Of a DNA stretch of 64,000 bases, positions 19,324 through 30,309 are shown piece after piece (position 1 is the stretch's first letter; every line of letters starts with the position of its first letter). The stretch covers positions 352,001-416,000 of the forward strand of contig OY970332.1 in the NCBI GenBank assembly GCA_963717435.1, given 5' to 3'. Origin of the DNA: an uncultured bacterium (GTDB lineage Bacteria; Babelota; Babeliae; Babelales; Babelaceae). The notes under the pieces are model-generated. The model worked only from the letters and a program-made list of their open reading frames with translations, had not been told where the DNA came from and ran no database searches. Position numbers and translations under genes: made by a program.

Positions 19324-21933
19324 ATGACGTCTTACGATATTAGAAAAAAATTCTTCGATTTTTTCATTAAAAATGGACACACCAAAGTTGAAAGCTCTTC
19401 ACTGATTCCAGCTCAGGATCCGACATTACTGTTTACAAACGCCGGCATGAACCAGTTCAAAGATGTTTTCTTGGGCAAAGAAAAACGCAGCTATAAACGG
19501 GCTGTTTCTATCCAAAAATGCATACGCGCAGGGGGCAAGCATAACGATTTGGATGCAGTCGGCTTTACGGCGCGCCACCTGACTTTTTTTGAGATGATGG
19601 GGAACTTCTCTTTTGGGGATTACTTCAAAAAAGAAGCTATAAGATTCGCTTGGGATTTTCTAACCAAAGAACTTAAACTTACCCCTGAAAAGTTATATAT
19701 AACAGTTTTTACAAATGACCAAGAAGCCTACGACATCTGGAACAAAGAGATAGGCGTACCTGAATCGAGAATTTCAAAACTTGGAGCAAAAGATAATTTT
19801 TGGCAAATGGGGGATACCGGTCCATGTGGGCCATGCACAGAGATCTATGTTGACCGTGGTGCTGATATAGGCTGCAAGACAAAGGCGTGCGCGCCCGGAT
19901 GCTCATGCGACAGATTCATGGAAATCTGGAACAACGTCTTTATGCAATTTGATAGACAACCCAACGGTCAAGATAAGACATTAACTCAAACCGGCGTTGA
20001 TACTGGCATGGGGCTTGAACGCATCACGATGATCATGCAAGATAAAAACTCTGTTTATGACACAGATCTTTTTAGTTTTATAATTAAAGAAACAGAAAAA
20101 ATTACTGGGAAAAATTATGAAACCAGCGAAGCTGAAATTCAGGCGGCATTTAGGGTTCTTGCCGATCATATAAGATCTTCAAGTTTGGCAATCTCTGACG
20201 GTTGCAGCCCATCTAACGAGGGGCGCGGCTACGTTTTAAGAAAAATAATCAGACGTGCTGCTCTGTTTGCGCAAAAACTTAGCGACAAGAGTTTCTTCCC
20301 CGAACTTTCTGATTCTGTTGTAAAGCAACTTGGTGGAATTTACCCAGAATTAGAAATTAACAAAAACTTAATTAAATCTGTGCTTAAGAGCGAGACAGAA
20401 AAGTTTGAAGCTAATTTGATTTCTGGCCAACAGATATTAAAAAAATATTTTGAAGCTAATAAACAGTCAAAAAATATATCTGGAGATCAGGCGTTCAAGC
20501 TTTATGACACATACGGATTCCCATTAGAGCTTACAATTTTGATTGCACAAGAAAATGGCTTTAATGTTGACTCTGCGGGTTTTGAAGTTGAGATGGAAAA
20601 GCAACGTGAACAGTCTGGCAAAAAAACAGAAGTTAAAGAAAAAGTAGAAATTTCACCAGAGATAAAAACAATATTTACCGGATATCAAGAGACAGAATCG
20701 ACAGGCAAAGTTTTGGCGATAATAAAATATGACCAACTTGTTAAAGCTGCATCTAAAGATGAAATTGTAGAACTAATTTTGGACAAATCGCCATTTTATG
20801 TAGAATGCGGCGGGCAAATTAGCGACCAAGGTGAAATTGAGATTAAGGGCAAAACAGCTCAAATTCTATCACTTAAAAAAATTAACGGCGCAATTGCTAT
20901 CGAAGTTAAACTGCCTGAAACTGTTAATATTTCTGATTCTGTAAAACAGGTTGTTGATAAAGAGTTCAGAACAAATACCATGAAGAATCATACAGCAACC
21001 CATTTACTACAAGCTGCGCTTGTTCAGGTTCTTGGCAAAACTGTAAAGCAATCAGGGTCGGTTGTAACCCCAGATTATTTGAGATTCGATTTTACGTATC
21101 ATGAGAATCTAACTCAAGATCAAATTACAAAAGTAGAAAACATAGTTAACGCTAAAATCACAGAAAATATTGCAACTAACATAACTGAGACAACTTATAA
21201 AGCTGCAATAGACAAGGGCGTAATCGCTTTCTTTGGTGATAAATATAACCCTGAAAGTGTGAGGGTTGTCGAAGTTCCAGGATTCTCTGCAGAACTTTGC
21301 GGCGGAACACACGTAAGAGCAACTGGCGATATCGGTGCGTTTAAGATTACAGAAGTAAGCGCACTTTCTGCTGGAAATAGAAGACTTGTTGCAGTAACTG
21401 GACCTAAAGCGATAGAACTTTTTCAACAAGATTTTAATATCATTAAAAGTTTGTCTCAAGAATTTAAAGTTCAAACAGAGCAAGTTCTTGATGCTGTTAA
21501 TAAACAAAAAGATCTTTTAAAAACAGCACAGGCGCAAGTTAAGCAACTTAAAAAGCAGTTACTAGCAAAAGAGATCCCAGCATGGCTGTCTAAGATTCAA
21601 GAAGTTAATAAACTACCGTTCTTATTTTTAAAACTTGATAGTTTTGATAAGTACGACATCTCTGAACTTCGTGATATAGCACAAGAACTTACAAACAAAA
21701 AATCTGGCTTATATTTTATTGTTAGTTTAGTAGACAATAAACCAGTCTTTGTAAGCGCGATTCATAAAGATCTAAAAAATATATTTAATATGAAGAACTT
21801 TGCTGCTTGGTTAAAAGAGCATGCGGGAATTAACGGCGGCGGAAGCGACGTGAGCTTCCAAGGTTCTGCTTCAAGTTTAGATAATAACCTTGAAGATAAG
21901 ATTAAAAAATACTTACAAGAAACCCCAAAATAA
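19324..21933 (+). CDS. alaS: Alanine--tRNA ligase
   Basis: DPTLLFTNAGMNQFK, FFEMMGNFSFGDYFK, HTATHLL, ELCGGTH. Confidence 0.98.
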   Translation: MTSYDIRKKFFDFFIKNGHTKVESSSLIPAQDPTLLFTNAGMNQFKDVFLGKEKRSYKRAVSIQKCIRAGGKHNDLDAVGFTARHLTFFEMMGNFSFGDYFKKEAIRFAWDFLTKELKLTPEKLYITVFTNDQEAYDIWNKEIGVPESRISKLGAKDNFWQMGDTGPCGPCTEIYVDRGADIGCKTKACAPGCSCDRFMEIWNNVFMQFDRQPNGQDKTLTQTGVDTGMGLERITMIMQDKNSVYDTDLFSFIIKETEKITGKNYETSEAEIQAAFRVLADHIRSSSLAISDGCSPSNEGRGYVLRKIIRRAALFAQKLSDKSFFPELSDSVVKQLGGIYPELEINKNLIKSVLKSETEKFEANLISGQQILKKYFEANKQSKNISGDQAFKLYDTYGFPLELTILIAQENGFNVDSAGFEVEMEKQREQSGKKTEVKEKVEISPEIKTIFTGYQETESTGKVLAIIKYDQLVKAASKDEIVELILDKSPFYVECGGQISDQGEIEIKGKTAQILSLKKINGAIAIEVKLPETVNISDSVKQVVDKEFRTNTMKNHTATHLLQAALVQVLGKTVKQSGSVVTPDYLRFDFTYHENLTQDQITKVENIVNAKITENIATNITETTYKAAIDKGVIAFFGDKYNPESVRVVEVPGFSAELCGGTHVRATGDIGAFKITEVSALSAGNRRLVAVTGPKAIELFQQDFNIIKSLSQEFKVQTEQVLDAVNKQKDLLKTAQAQVKQLKKQLLAKEIPAWLSKIQEVNKLPFLFLKLDSFDKYDISELRDIAQELTNKKSGLYFIVSLVDNKPVFVSAIHKDLKNIFNMKNFAAWLKEHAGINGGGSDVSFQGSASSLDNNLEDKIKKYLQETPK

Positions 21934-21937
21934 CTTA

Positions 21938-21964
21938 TAATGGCTCGATAAATTCGGGCCATTA
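21938..21964 (+). terminator. Intrinsic terminator after alaS
   Basis: taatggctcga-taaat-tcgggccatta followed by a T run. Confidence 0.6.
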
Positions 21965-21982
21965 CTTTTTGAAAGAACTCTC

Positions 21983-22798
21983 ATGAATCACAAAATCAAT
22001 TTATTATTTTTTATATTTTCTTTCGGCGCACTAAGTTGCATGGAAGACAAGCCAGAACAAGCTAATAAGAAAAAATTGCGTGTTATCCTGCTCCCTAATA
22101 AGCATGCAGCTGAAGATCTTCTTCGCATACGCCAAGAAGACATTCAAAAAAAACTTGCTCGAAATGATTTTGAATTTTCAGAGATTTATAATTCGAATTT
22201 CTTATATCGGGATGTTGATTTTTTAGCTCTACAAAGTGGTGCTCTTTATAATGAGCTACAAAAAATTTCCAAGAACCCAGTTCCTGAAAAATTACTTATT
22301 TATGCAAGGTGGAATGGCGGGACCACTGCCCTAACTTATATTCAAAATAATGCGATCCCAAATTTAAGGGGGATGGTGTTAGAATCGCCAATTGAATATA
22401 CAAAAGAACTAATACAATTCGATAAATTACATATCTTAAAATCCACCCCTATTATTCTTTTAGAGCCTGCCGTACGCAAAAAAAATGCGGGAAAATATTA
22501 TGCTACTTCTTTGTATAATAAACTTAAGGAAAATGGTTACAACGCCCATTTGATAGAGATAATTATTGATTCAGACGATGATGATGAAGATGAAATTAAA
22601 ATGGGAGAAATGCGTAAAATTTTAAATACTGCTATAGAAGAAAGACAAGATTATATCGAAGAAGTTCAACAGGTTCCTGAGCAAGTTAGAGAACAAAGAC
22701 ATGAAATAATTGGTAACGTAATTATTGTTGTTTGTGCAGTTGGTGTAATGGTTGCCTATACATGTTTTATAACATACGCATACAGCAATATGGCTTGA
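21983..22798 (+). CDS. Hypothetical exported protein, degenerate alpha/beta-hydrolase-like, with C-terminal TM
   Basis: Signal peptide + MED; YARWNGG...GMVLESP is reminiscent of the hydrolase fold; C-terminal hydrophobic helix. Confidence 0.55.
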   Translation: MNHKINLLFFIFSFGALSCMEDKPEQANKKKLRVILLPNKHAAEDLLRIRQEDIQKKLARNDFEFSEIYNSNFLYRDVDFLALQSGALYNELQKISKNPVPEKLLIYARWNGGTTALTYIQNNAIPNLRGMVLESPIEYTKELIQFDKLHILKSTPIILLEPAVRKKNAGKYYATSLYNKLKENGYNAHLIEIIIDSDDDDEDEIKMGEMRKILNTAIEERQDYIEEVQQVPEQVREQRHEIIGNVIIVVCAVGVMVAYTCFITYAYSNMA

Positions 22799-22832
22799 AA
22801 ACCATTTACATAAGTTTTTAAAGTAAATTATG

Positions 22833-22856
22833 ATGGCCCGTAGAAATATGGGCCAT
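22833..22856 (+). terminator. Intrinsic terminator
   Basis: atggcccgta-gaaa-tatgggccat followed by a T run. Confidence 0.6.
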
Positions 22857-22875
22857 TTTTTATGGGGAGAATATA

Positions 22876-23079
22876 GTGAAAAATAAGTTTTTACTTTTTC
22901 TGTTTATAATTATCTCAAGCAATTCGCTTATCTGTTTCCCGCCTAATAATCCACAAAATTCTGGAAATCAAAACTATATCGATCCACAGGATCCACCAGG
23001 ATCTATAACGCGCAAGCAAATATTTAAAGCATTTGCGCTGCCAGCAGATAGAGATGCCAAAGTTGCGGGAAAGAAGTGA
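22876..23079 (+). CDS. Small exported hypothetical protein
   Basis: GTG start with GGGGAG RBS; signal peptide. Confidence 0.5.
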   Translation: MKNKFLLFLFIIISSNSLICFPPNNPQNSGNQNYIDPQDPPGSITRKQIFKAFALPADRDAKVAGKK

Positions 23080-23081
23080 AT

Positions 23082-23597
23082 TTATATTTTTTGTTTTATC
23101 AGCTCAACAGCTTGATCAATTAAGTTTTGGATTTCAGATTCTGGTTCTCTAAATTTTTGTAAGACATAATCAGGAACCAAATTTCTATCTTCTGGTCTTG
23201 AAATTCCAAATCTGAGCCGCCAAAATTTATCACCAATAACAGATATTATAGATTTGAGCCCATTGTGCCCCTTGGCACTTCCTGAATCTTTTAACGCAAG
23301 TTTGCCAAATGGCAGCTCAAGCTCATCATGAACAACCAAAATCTCTTCTGGCTTTATCCCCTGTTTGATTAAAAATGGGATAACTCTTCCGGAACTGTTC
23401 ATAAAAGTTTGCGGCTTAATTAAATATACTTGCCCTGAATCTGAATTAAACTTTGCCAGTTCCATTTCATCTTTAGAACTAAAATTTAGATTTAAATTTT
23501 CAGCCAAACTATCTAAAACTCTAAAGCCTATATTATGGCGGGTATATAAATATTTATCTCCCGGATTTCCAAGCCCTATAATCGCTCTTATTTTCAT
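23082..23597 (-). CDS. pth: Peptidyl-tRNA hydrolase
   Basis: IGLGNPG, TRHNIG, KPQTFMNSSG, HDEL, GHNGLKS. Confidence 0.95.
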   Translation of the reverse strand: MKIRAIIGLGNPGDKYLYTRHNIGFRVLDSLAENLNLNFSSKDEMELAKFNSDSGQVYLIKPQTFMNSSGRVIPFLIKQGIKPEEILVVHDELELPFGKLALKDSGSAKGHNGLKSIISVIGDKFWRLRFGISRPEDRNLVPDYVLQKFREPESEIQNLIDQAVELIKQKI

Positions 23598-23695
23598 GTA
23601 TTATCTCAAATTAAAATTTTATTAATAAAAATAGATTCTATTGAGTTTATAAATTTACATAAACCCATATATATGCAAGAAAAAAATTATTTTTT

Positions 23696-23859
23696 CCCGC
23701 TCGTCCCGAGTGATCACCGTAACGCTAGTGAAGGTGATTGTATCGAGGGATGAGCATATACGCGATATATAAAATTTTTTGTTTTTGCTTGGTCATTACC
23801 GCCATCCCTCGATACACCCGTCTACGCTAAAGCTACGTCGGGCACTCGGGACGAGCGGG
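23696..23859. repeat. Inverted pair of palindromic repeat elements (copies 5 and 6), intergenic
   Basis: cccgctcgtcccgagtg...gtatcgagggatg (23696-23752) and catccctcgatac...cactcgggacgagcggg (23803-23859). Confidence 0.9.
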
Positions 23860-23970
23860 TTAGACTGTAAAACGTAACTGAGTCTAATTTAACACATAAG
23901 ATATAATCTTCACAAAAAAAAGGGGCCGGATAAATTCCAGCCCCAAATAAACTTTAAAGTAATTTATATA

Positions 23971-24570
23971 TTACTTTTTAGCTGCAGCTTTTTTAGCCTC
24001 TTCAGCCTTCTTAGCTTTTGCATAATCTGCATCAAGTTCAGTTTTAATTCTGTCGGTAATATCAAATTGTTTGTCTGTTACAACTTCCATACCACCATAG
24101 TTAATAATTACTGAATCCCAACCATCAGCTTTGCGAATCTTTTCAACAATAGCTTTTGCTTTATTTTTTAGATCTTCAAAAGCAGCTTGCATTGTTTTTT
24201 GATAATATTCTTGTCCAGCTCTGATTGCCATTTCACGCTCTTGTTGCTTCTTCATCAACTCTTCGCTTCTTTTCTTCATGGCATCTTCTGAACCAATTCC
24301 AGATTTTTTCATATTCTCTAAAGCTTCGATTCCCTTGCGTAAATCTTGCTCAAGCTTCATAACGTCAGCTTCTTTCTTTTGCAATTCTTCTTGCAACTTA
24401 GAAACTTTCTCATTAAATTCTTGCAAATTATTAACCGTATTTTCCAAACTCATAAACATATTAAAGTTAGCAAACGCGATTTTATTTGCTGTAGCCCTTG
24501 GAGCGTCAGCTTGAAGTGATGATAATGATGTAAACATAGCGCACAAAGCTAAGCCTTTCTTGTTCAACAT
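23971..24570 (-). CDS. skp: Skp/OmpH periplasmic chaperone
   Basis: Signal peptide, KIAFAN, long coiled coil, DITDRI. Confidence 0.75.
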   Translation of the reverse strand: MLNKKGLALCAMFTSLSSLQADAPRATANKIAFANFNMFMSLENTVNNLQEFNEKVSKLQEELQKKEADVMKLEQDLRKGIEALENMKKSGIGSEDAMKKRSEELMKKQQEREMAIRAGQEYYQKTMQAAFEDLKNKAKAIVEKIRKADGWDSVIINYGGMEVVTDKQFDITDRIKTELDADYAKAKKAEEAKKAAAKK

Positions 24571-24724
24571 GATTTGACCCTTATTTAGATTTTTTTATAA
24601 CTTCTTAACACAGGTTAAAATAACTTTTTTAAAATAAATCGTCAAATAGCTCTGCTTGCTTTTTTGCATAAACTTGAGAATAATTTAACTAGAAAAAAGA
24701 GTCCCCCAAAAAAGAGTCACTGAG

Positions 24725-25669
24725 ATGAAAAATATGAAAACAAATTTTATTTCAATAATTTTTTTAATATTTTTTTCAATAAATTTATCTGCTTTGGAAA
24801 TGGGTTCTGATCAAGAATATCCTGAAAATCAAGAAGAAACGGCAAAAGCTATAGCAACAAAAATAAGTTTGTTTGCCACTTTATCTTGCCATACCCTGCC
24901 TGAATGGGAATCACTAGTAAATAATATAGAAAAAACTTGGCTTGTTTTGCTGCACAATAAACAAATAAAACTAGAAGATAATCTAAAAAAAATTAATATA
25001 AAAACTATAAAAAAACTTAAACAAAAAATAATTAATCTAATAAAAATTATTAACTCAGAATTTTTAGAAGCTATAGATAAATCGCGTGAATTCAAGGGGG
25101 ATCTAACTGACGAGCATCACGAACAATTTTGGCAATTTATAGCTGATAAAAAAGTTAATGGAGTAACTGTTTTTGATTATTACGATATGTTGCATGATGT
25201 TAAAGAAAAAGAAGATTTTTCTGAATCTCTATTAAGCAAAAATAAATTAGAACAAAAAAATTTAATCGATCTATATATTTACTCAAAAAACTTGGAAAAA
25301 CTTGTGCAAAGCCGTTGGGCCGAAACGGTAGCTGAAGCTGGATGCTATCTCTTGATGGGCCTGACCATATATTTGCTTTATGAGGCCCACAAAAATTTCA
25401 GCCAAGCAAACATCGGGCTTGCAATGTTTTTCTTTTCCTCTGCGGCAACCACAGCTTTCTTGAATTTTATATTTTTAAATCGATATAGGGCCAGCAGCGC
25501 AAGATACGATAATAAATTTGAAAAAACCAAATGGTTCAACCCATTTGAATTGGAACTTACGTTGTTTAAAGATCTTCCACTAATGGACCGAGTAAGAAGA
25601 TATATTCTTGCCGATAGAGTGTATTATTTAGAGTTTTTTGAAAATCACGTACGCGAAATTTTAAATTAA
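24725..25669 (+). CDS. Hypothetical exported protein with 2 TM helices
   Basis: Long ORF, signal peptide, hydrophobic hairpin near the C-terminus. Confidence 0.65.
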   Translation: MKNMKTNFISIIFLIFFSINLSALEMGSDQEYPENQEETAKAIATKISLFATLSCHTLPEWESLVNNIEKTWLVLLHNKQIKLEDNLKKINIKTIKKLKQKIINLIKIINSEFLEAIDKSREFKGDLTDEHHEQFWQFIADKKVNGVTVFDYYDMLHDVKEKEDFSESLLSKNKLEQKNLIDLYIYSKNLEKLVQSRWAETVAEAGCYLLMGLTIYLLYEAHKNFSQANIGLAMFFFSSAATTAFLNFIFLNRYRASSARYDNKFEKTKWFNPFELELTLFKDLPLMDRVRRYILADRVYYLEFFENHVREILN

Positions 25670-25681
25670 CCTAGGAGTTTT

Positions 25682-26548
25682 ATGAAATTAATTTTATTGT
25701 TTGTTATTTTGTTTTCAAATATTAGCGGCATGGAAGACGCAAATCAAAGCCTGTTGGGCGACGTTGAAATGGGGCTAACAAATCAAAATGTTATGTCACC
25801 TCAACCACCACCTGGCCTTGCCCCTTGGGAAATTAAAAAAGCAAAAAAATTGGCTATTCAAATGGTGAACGAAGCATTAAAAACATCAAAAAAATTTCCG
25901 CTTGAGTCAAACAAAGAGGCTCGTGAACATTTTATTAGCATAATTGGAAATAATAAAGAGCTTAATAGATTAATTAATAAATTTATTGAAAAAATTAATA
26001 AAGATTTTAATAATTTTATCGATGAACATAATGCTATTTCAAAAAAGTCTAATCGTGTAACAAAGAAGCGCCTTTATAAAGAATTCTGGAAAAAAATTAG
26101 AGAAGATATTTGCAAATCTTTAAATATAAAATATGACGAGAAATTTGAGACACTCACAAAACAACTTCCAGAATTTACAATAACTGATTTACAAAAACTA
26201 CAACTCAAAGCTACGCAAGCCAAAGTTCTTAGTTATAGTGCTGCAAAAATATATTGCCGTCTAATTGGAGCTTATATAATTCCATTAGTACTTGGAAATA
26301 TAGCGATACTTGCATCGTCAAGTGATGAACCCGCTAGATACATATGGCCTTCCGTAGGCTCACTACAGATTATTGCATGCATATGTTTTTTAATTTATGC
26401 AATACGAAATCTTGATCTTGAAAACACATCAGATATTGATGCGCTTATTGAAAACGTTGGTGAGGCGATAAGAAATTATATCGATACAGATATAATCTCA
26501 GATGATGTTGACGATGACAATGCTGGAAAAATAACTGAGATAGCTTAA
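25682..26548 (+). CDS. Hypothetical exported protein with 2 TM helices
   Basis: AGGAG RBS; signal peptide + MEDAN; TM hairpin; acidic tail. Confidence 0.7.
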   Translation: MKLILLFVILFSNISGMEDANQSLLGDVEMGLTNQNVMSPQPPPGLAPWEIKKAKKLAIQMVNEALKTSKKFPLESNKEAREHFISIIGNNKELNRLINKFIEKINKDFNNFIDEHNAISKKSNRVTKKRLYKEFWKKIREDICKSLNIKYDEKFETLTKQLPEFTITDLQKLQLKATQAKVLSYSAAKIYCRLIGAYIIPLVLGNIAILASSSDEPARYIWPSVGSLQIIACICFLIYAIRNLDLENTSDIDALIENVGEAIRNYIDTDIISDDVDDDNAGKITEIA

Positions 26549-26559
26549 GTAATTATTAA

Positions 26560-26579
26560 TGGGCCCGTAAATGGGCCCA
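26560..26579. terminator. Hairpin between convergent genes
   Basis: tgggccc-gtaaat-gggccca. Confidence 0.5.
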
Positions 26580-26586
26580 ATTAATT

Positions 26587-29256
26587 TTAAAAATTATTAT
26601 AAACTTTTCGCACGATAAGTTTTCGTATCTCCTCAAAAATTAAAATAGAAGAAGAGACGCACAGAATCTGTACCCATGCAAATAAACTTAATGGCACGGT
26701 TTTAAATATGTATTGCAAGAATGGCACAGTTGTAACCAGAACTTGTAAAATCAAAACAAAGCCGGTTGCAAGAACCAACCAGAAATTTGAAAACAAACCA
26801 ATTTGAAATAGTGATAAATTTTCTGAGCGACAGTTCCACGCATTGAACCACTGGAACATTGCCATACAGACAAGTGTCATAGTACGAGCAGCAGCCATAT
26901 CGACGCAACAGTATTGGTCAAATAAATAAATTGAGCCTACCGCCATTGGAATCGACATATAGGCAACTTTTAGCATTAGCATAGGATCGATCAAACCCTT
27001 TTTTAAAGACTCGCGAAGCCAAGATTTTTCTAGCAGCCCTGGTTCAACTGGTTCAGCAGCAAGTGCCAAATCCAGAAAGCCGTCAGTTACTAAATTTAGC
27101 CATAGAATTTGCGCAGCTAAGATTGGGACATCAAGTTTTAATAAGAACGCAAGTAACACGACCAAAACTTCGCCAAAATTTGTGGCAAAAAAGTATAATA
27201 CAACGCGTCTTAGAGTGTAAAAAATATGGCGCCCCTGTTCGATAGCACTCAAAACAGTTGAAAGTTTATCATCAAGAAGTATTAAATCTGAAGCTTGTTT
27301 TGCAACTTCTGTGCCAATTTGCCCCATCGCAATACCCAAATCAGCAGCAACCAACGGCGGTGCATCATTTACACCATCACCGATCATGGCAACCGTTTTT
27401 CCGGAACATTTTAAGAGTTCTATAATTTTAAGTTTTTGAGCAGGCGTTACTCGCGCAAACACTTTTATGTTATTTATTTTTTTGAAAAATTCTTGATCCG
27501 AAAATTTTTCAAACTGTTCTCCAGTTATCACTTCTTGGCCAGGTTTTAATATTCCAACAGATTGCGCAACGAATCTTGCAGTCTCTTGATGATCTCCTGT
27601 GATCATAACAAAATCTACGCCCGCTTTATTTGCTTTTGAAATTACACTTGCTACATCTTCTCTGATTGCATCTTGCAGGCCAATTAGTGCATCAAATTCA
27701 AAATTGCCAAAACTTTCACGAATAATTTTATCCCAGTTAAGATCGACACCAGGCGTGCTTACTTGCGCACATGCGACAACACGCAGGCCACTTTGTAAAT
27801 AATTTTCTAAGTTAGCTTGAATTAACTCTTTAGAATTATTTTTATTATTAACAATATTTAGTATCGCCTCAGGAGCGCCAAGAGCAAATATTTTATAACT
27901 CAAATCGGGAAGTTGAAAAACAGATATGTGTAATCGAGTTTGTGTGTTAAATGGTATATCAAAAACTTTTTTGTAATTATTTAAATTATTTTTATCGGCA
28001 ATTTTTTTCGCAAAGACGCCAATCGATACTTCTATCGGGTCACCCTTAACATGATAGTTTTTAGTTTTTGGGTCCTGCCAAATCTCAGACGAATTCATTA
28101 AATCTAAATAATCTTTAATTTCATAAAGTTTTTTATGCGTAGAATAATCTGTAACTTTTTTATCATCAAACAAAATGTCGCCGTTTTCAGAATAGCCGTA
28201 ACCAGTTACTACGTAATTTTTGTTATCAGCAAAAACTGCATGAACCATCATTTCGTTTCTTGTTAGAGTACCGGTTTTATCAACGACAATTATTTCAGTG
28301 CGCCCTAATGCTTCAACCGCCTGCAAGCGCTTTACAAGAACATTTTCTTTGGCCATTTTATATGCACCGGAAACCAAGATAACAGTAAACACTACAGGCA
28401 GCCCTTCTGGGACAACACAAATAAACAGTGCTGTTAACATGACTAATAAATCACTAAAAGTTTTGCCCTGCAATAAACCAATAATTAATAAACCAAAACA
28501 GATTACTATTATAGATATCAAAACCCAATGCGAAAGCTTATCAAGCTCTCGTTTAAGTGGCATATCGGTTTCTATTGATTCTGATATTTGTTGAATTTTG
28601 CCGATCTCACAGTTTTTTCCTGTAGCGGTCACGAGCATCTTGGCATTACCGTTTAGTATATATGTCCCCTTAAAGGCCATATTATCTTGATCAAGAATAG
28701 ATTGTTCTTGCAAAGTTTGCGATGCAACAGATTTTTTTTCAACACCGATAGATTCGCCCGTCAAAATAGATTGATCAACAATAAGTCTATAAACTTCGAC
28801 GATTCTGCCGTCTGCTGGAATCTGCTCCCCCTCTTTTAAGATTACTATATCGCCAGGAACCAACTCAGAAGTATTAATTATAATTTTTTCTGAATTTCTT
28901 ATAACCGTGCTGGTTTCGGGCACAAAGTTTTTTAAACTTTCTAAGATTTTTCTTGTGCGCCCCTCTTGAAATGTGCCAACTATTGCGTTAAAAGTTAAAA
29001 CACCAGAGATTATAAATGCATCGAGCCGCTCGCCCATAAAAAAAATTATTGCTGCTGCAGTAAGTAGTATATAAATAAGTGGATTGGCGAACTGATTTAG
29101 AAAAATAATATAAAACGGCTCAGGACATTCTTGTTCTATTTTATTACAACCAAACTTATTTACACGCGACTGAACTTCTTGGTCAGTTAATCCGGTAATA
29201 ATATTTGTATTAAATTTTTTTTCCAACTCTTCTACAGTTTGGTTATATGGCTTCAT
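26587..29256 (-). CDS. P-type cation (Ca2+-like, P2A) ATPase
   Basis: TGES, PEGL, DKTGTLT, MITGD, GDGVND, LWLNLVTDG. Confidence 0.95.
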   Translation of the reverse strand: MKPYNQTVEELEKKFNTNIITGLTDQEVQSRVNKFGCNKIEQECPEPFYIIFLNQFANPLIYILLTAAAIIFFMGERLDAFIISGVLTFNAIVGTFQEGRTRKILESLKNFVPETSTVIRNSEKIIINTSELVPGDIVILKEGEQIPADGRIVEVYRLIVDQSILTGESIGVEKKSVASQTLQEQSILDQDNMAFKGTYILNGNAKMLVTATGKNCEIGKIQQISESIETDMPLKRELDKLSHWVLISIIVICFGLLIIGLLQGKTFSDLLVMLTALFICVVPEGLPVVFTVILVSGAYKMAKENVLVKRLQAVEALGRTEIIVVDKTGTLTRNEMMVHAVFADNKNYVVTGYGYSENGDILFDDKKVTDYSTHKKLYEIKDYLDLMNSSEIWQDPKTKNYHVKGDPIEVSIGVFAKKIADKNNLNNYKKVFDIPFNTQTRLHISVFQLPDLSYKIFALGAPEAILNIVNNKNNSKELIQANLENYLQSGLRVVACAQVSTPGVDLNWDKIIRESFGNFEFDALIGLQDAIREDVASVISKANKAGVDFVMITGDHQETARFVAQSVGILKPGQEVITGEQFEKFSDQEFFKKINNIKVFARVTPAQKLKIIELLKCSGKTVAMIGDGVNDAPPLVAADLGIAMGQIGTEVAKQASDLILLDDKLSTVLSAIEQGRHIFYTLRRVVLYFFATNFGEVLVVLLAFLLKLDVPILAAQILWLNLVTDGFLDLALAAEPVEPGLLEKSWLRESLKKGLIDPMLMLKVAYMSIPMAVGSIYLFDQYCCVDMAAARTMTLVCMAMFQWFNAWNCRSENLSLFQIGLFSNFWLVLATGFVLILQVLVTTVPFLQYIFKTVPLSLFAWVQILCVSSSILIFEEIRKLIVRKVYNNF

Positions 29257-29289
29257 ATAAATAGAATCCCAATTTAAATTAATTTTTTA

Positions 29290-29772
29290 TTATTTCGAAT
29301 CTGTTTTTTTATAACCCATAGGCTTAAATTTAGCGTACAGTCCTGGATCTGTACCCACAAACATCGTTATTAGTTTATGAAACAGCGTGCGCTGTTCTTT
29401 ATTTGCTGAATTATGATTATGACACTCGACTAGATATTGCAAAAGCTTTTTGTTATTTACAACAAAATTTGTGTCAGCCCCAGACACTACCAATAAGTCT
29501 ATTGTTTTAACATCTTCAGGAAAAATATTTTTTTCTTTATGAACCTGCATAATTTTGCAAGCAAGAGGGGTAAGATCGCAGTTTAGCTCTTGATCAAAAA
29601 TACGTGCATTTATATTGTTTCTGTCTAATTTATCATCAAGTTCGTCATAATTTTTTTTTACTAAATCAAAAAGTTTTTTTGATTCAGAATTCTCCATGCA
29701 AGCTATATAACTGGAAAAACTTAACAACATAAACGACAAAAAATATAATTTTTTATTTAATTTTTTATTCAT
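29290..29772 (-). CDS. Hypothetical exported protein (ankyrin-like fragment)
   Basis: Signal peptide + MENSE; LTPL...LLVVSGADTN. Confidence 0.6.
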   Translation of the reverse strand: MNKKLNKKLYFLSFMLLSFSSYIACMENSESKKLFDLVKKNYDELDDKLDRNNINARIFDQELNCDLTPLACKIMQVHKEKNIFPEDVKTIDLLVVSGADTNFVVNNKKLLQYLVECHNHNSANKEQRTLFHKLITMFVGTDPGLYAKFKPMGYKKTDSK

Positions 29773-29847
29773 GATAATTTTTAGATAAATTCAGGGTTTA
29801 ATTACTTTTAAATAATTTTGCCAAAAGTTTAGATTTATAGCCACAAA

Positions 29848-29880
29848 AAAATAGTGGGCAGATTTACTGCCCACTATTTT
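29848..29880 (-). terminator. Intrinsic terminator after ndk
   Basis: aaaatagtgggcag-attta-ctgcccactatttt. Confidence 0.8.
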
Positions 29881-29902
29881 AAATTTCACTCAAACGCTGT
29901 AA

Positions 29903-30307
29903 TTACAGTGATTGAAAAAAACTAATTTCTTGTTTAGCTGTATCTTGAGCATCAGAGCCGTGAAAGCCATTAATGCCCATAGATTGTCCAAACATTTTTC
30001 TCAAAGTTCCAATAGCAGCTTTGGCAGGATTGGTGGCTCCGATAAGATCGCGCCATTCTTGAACAGCGTTTTCTTTTTCAAGAACCATAACAACCACAGG
30101 ACCAGAAGTCATGTATTCAACTAACTCACCAAAAAATGGCTTGTCTTTGTGAATGGCATAAAATTCTTGCGCCTGTTTTTGCGTAAGTTGCAACTTAGAA
30201 ATCTTAGAAATATTAAACTTATTAAGTTCAATAAGCTCTACAACTGAACCGGTTCTGCCAGCAGTTACCAAGTCAGGCTTAATTATAGCTAGTGTTTTTT
30301 CTAACAT
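29903..30307 (-). CDS. ndk: Nucleoside diphosphate kinase
   Basis: EKTLAIIKPD, FYAIHKDKPFF, GATNP, NGFHGSD. Confidence 0.97.
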   Translation of the reverse strand: MLEKTLAIIKPDLVTAGRTGSVVELIELNKFNISKISKLQLTQKQAQEFYAIHKDKPFFGELVEYMTSGPVVVMVLEKENAVQEWRDLIGATNPAKAAIGTLRKMFGQSMGINGFHGSDAQDTAKQEISFFQSL

Positions 30308-30309
30308 AA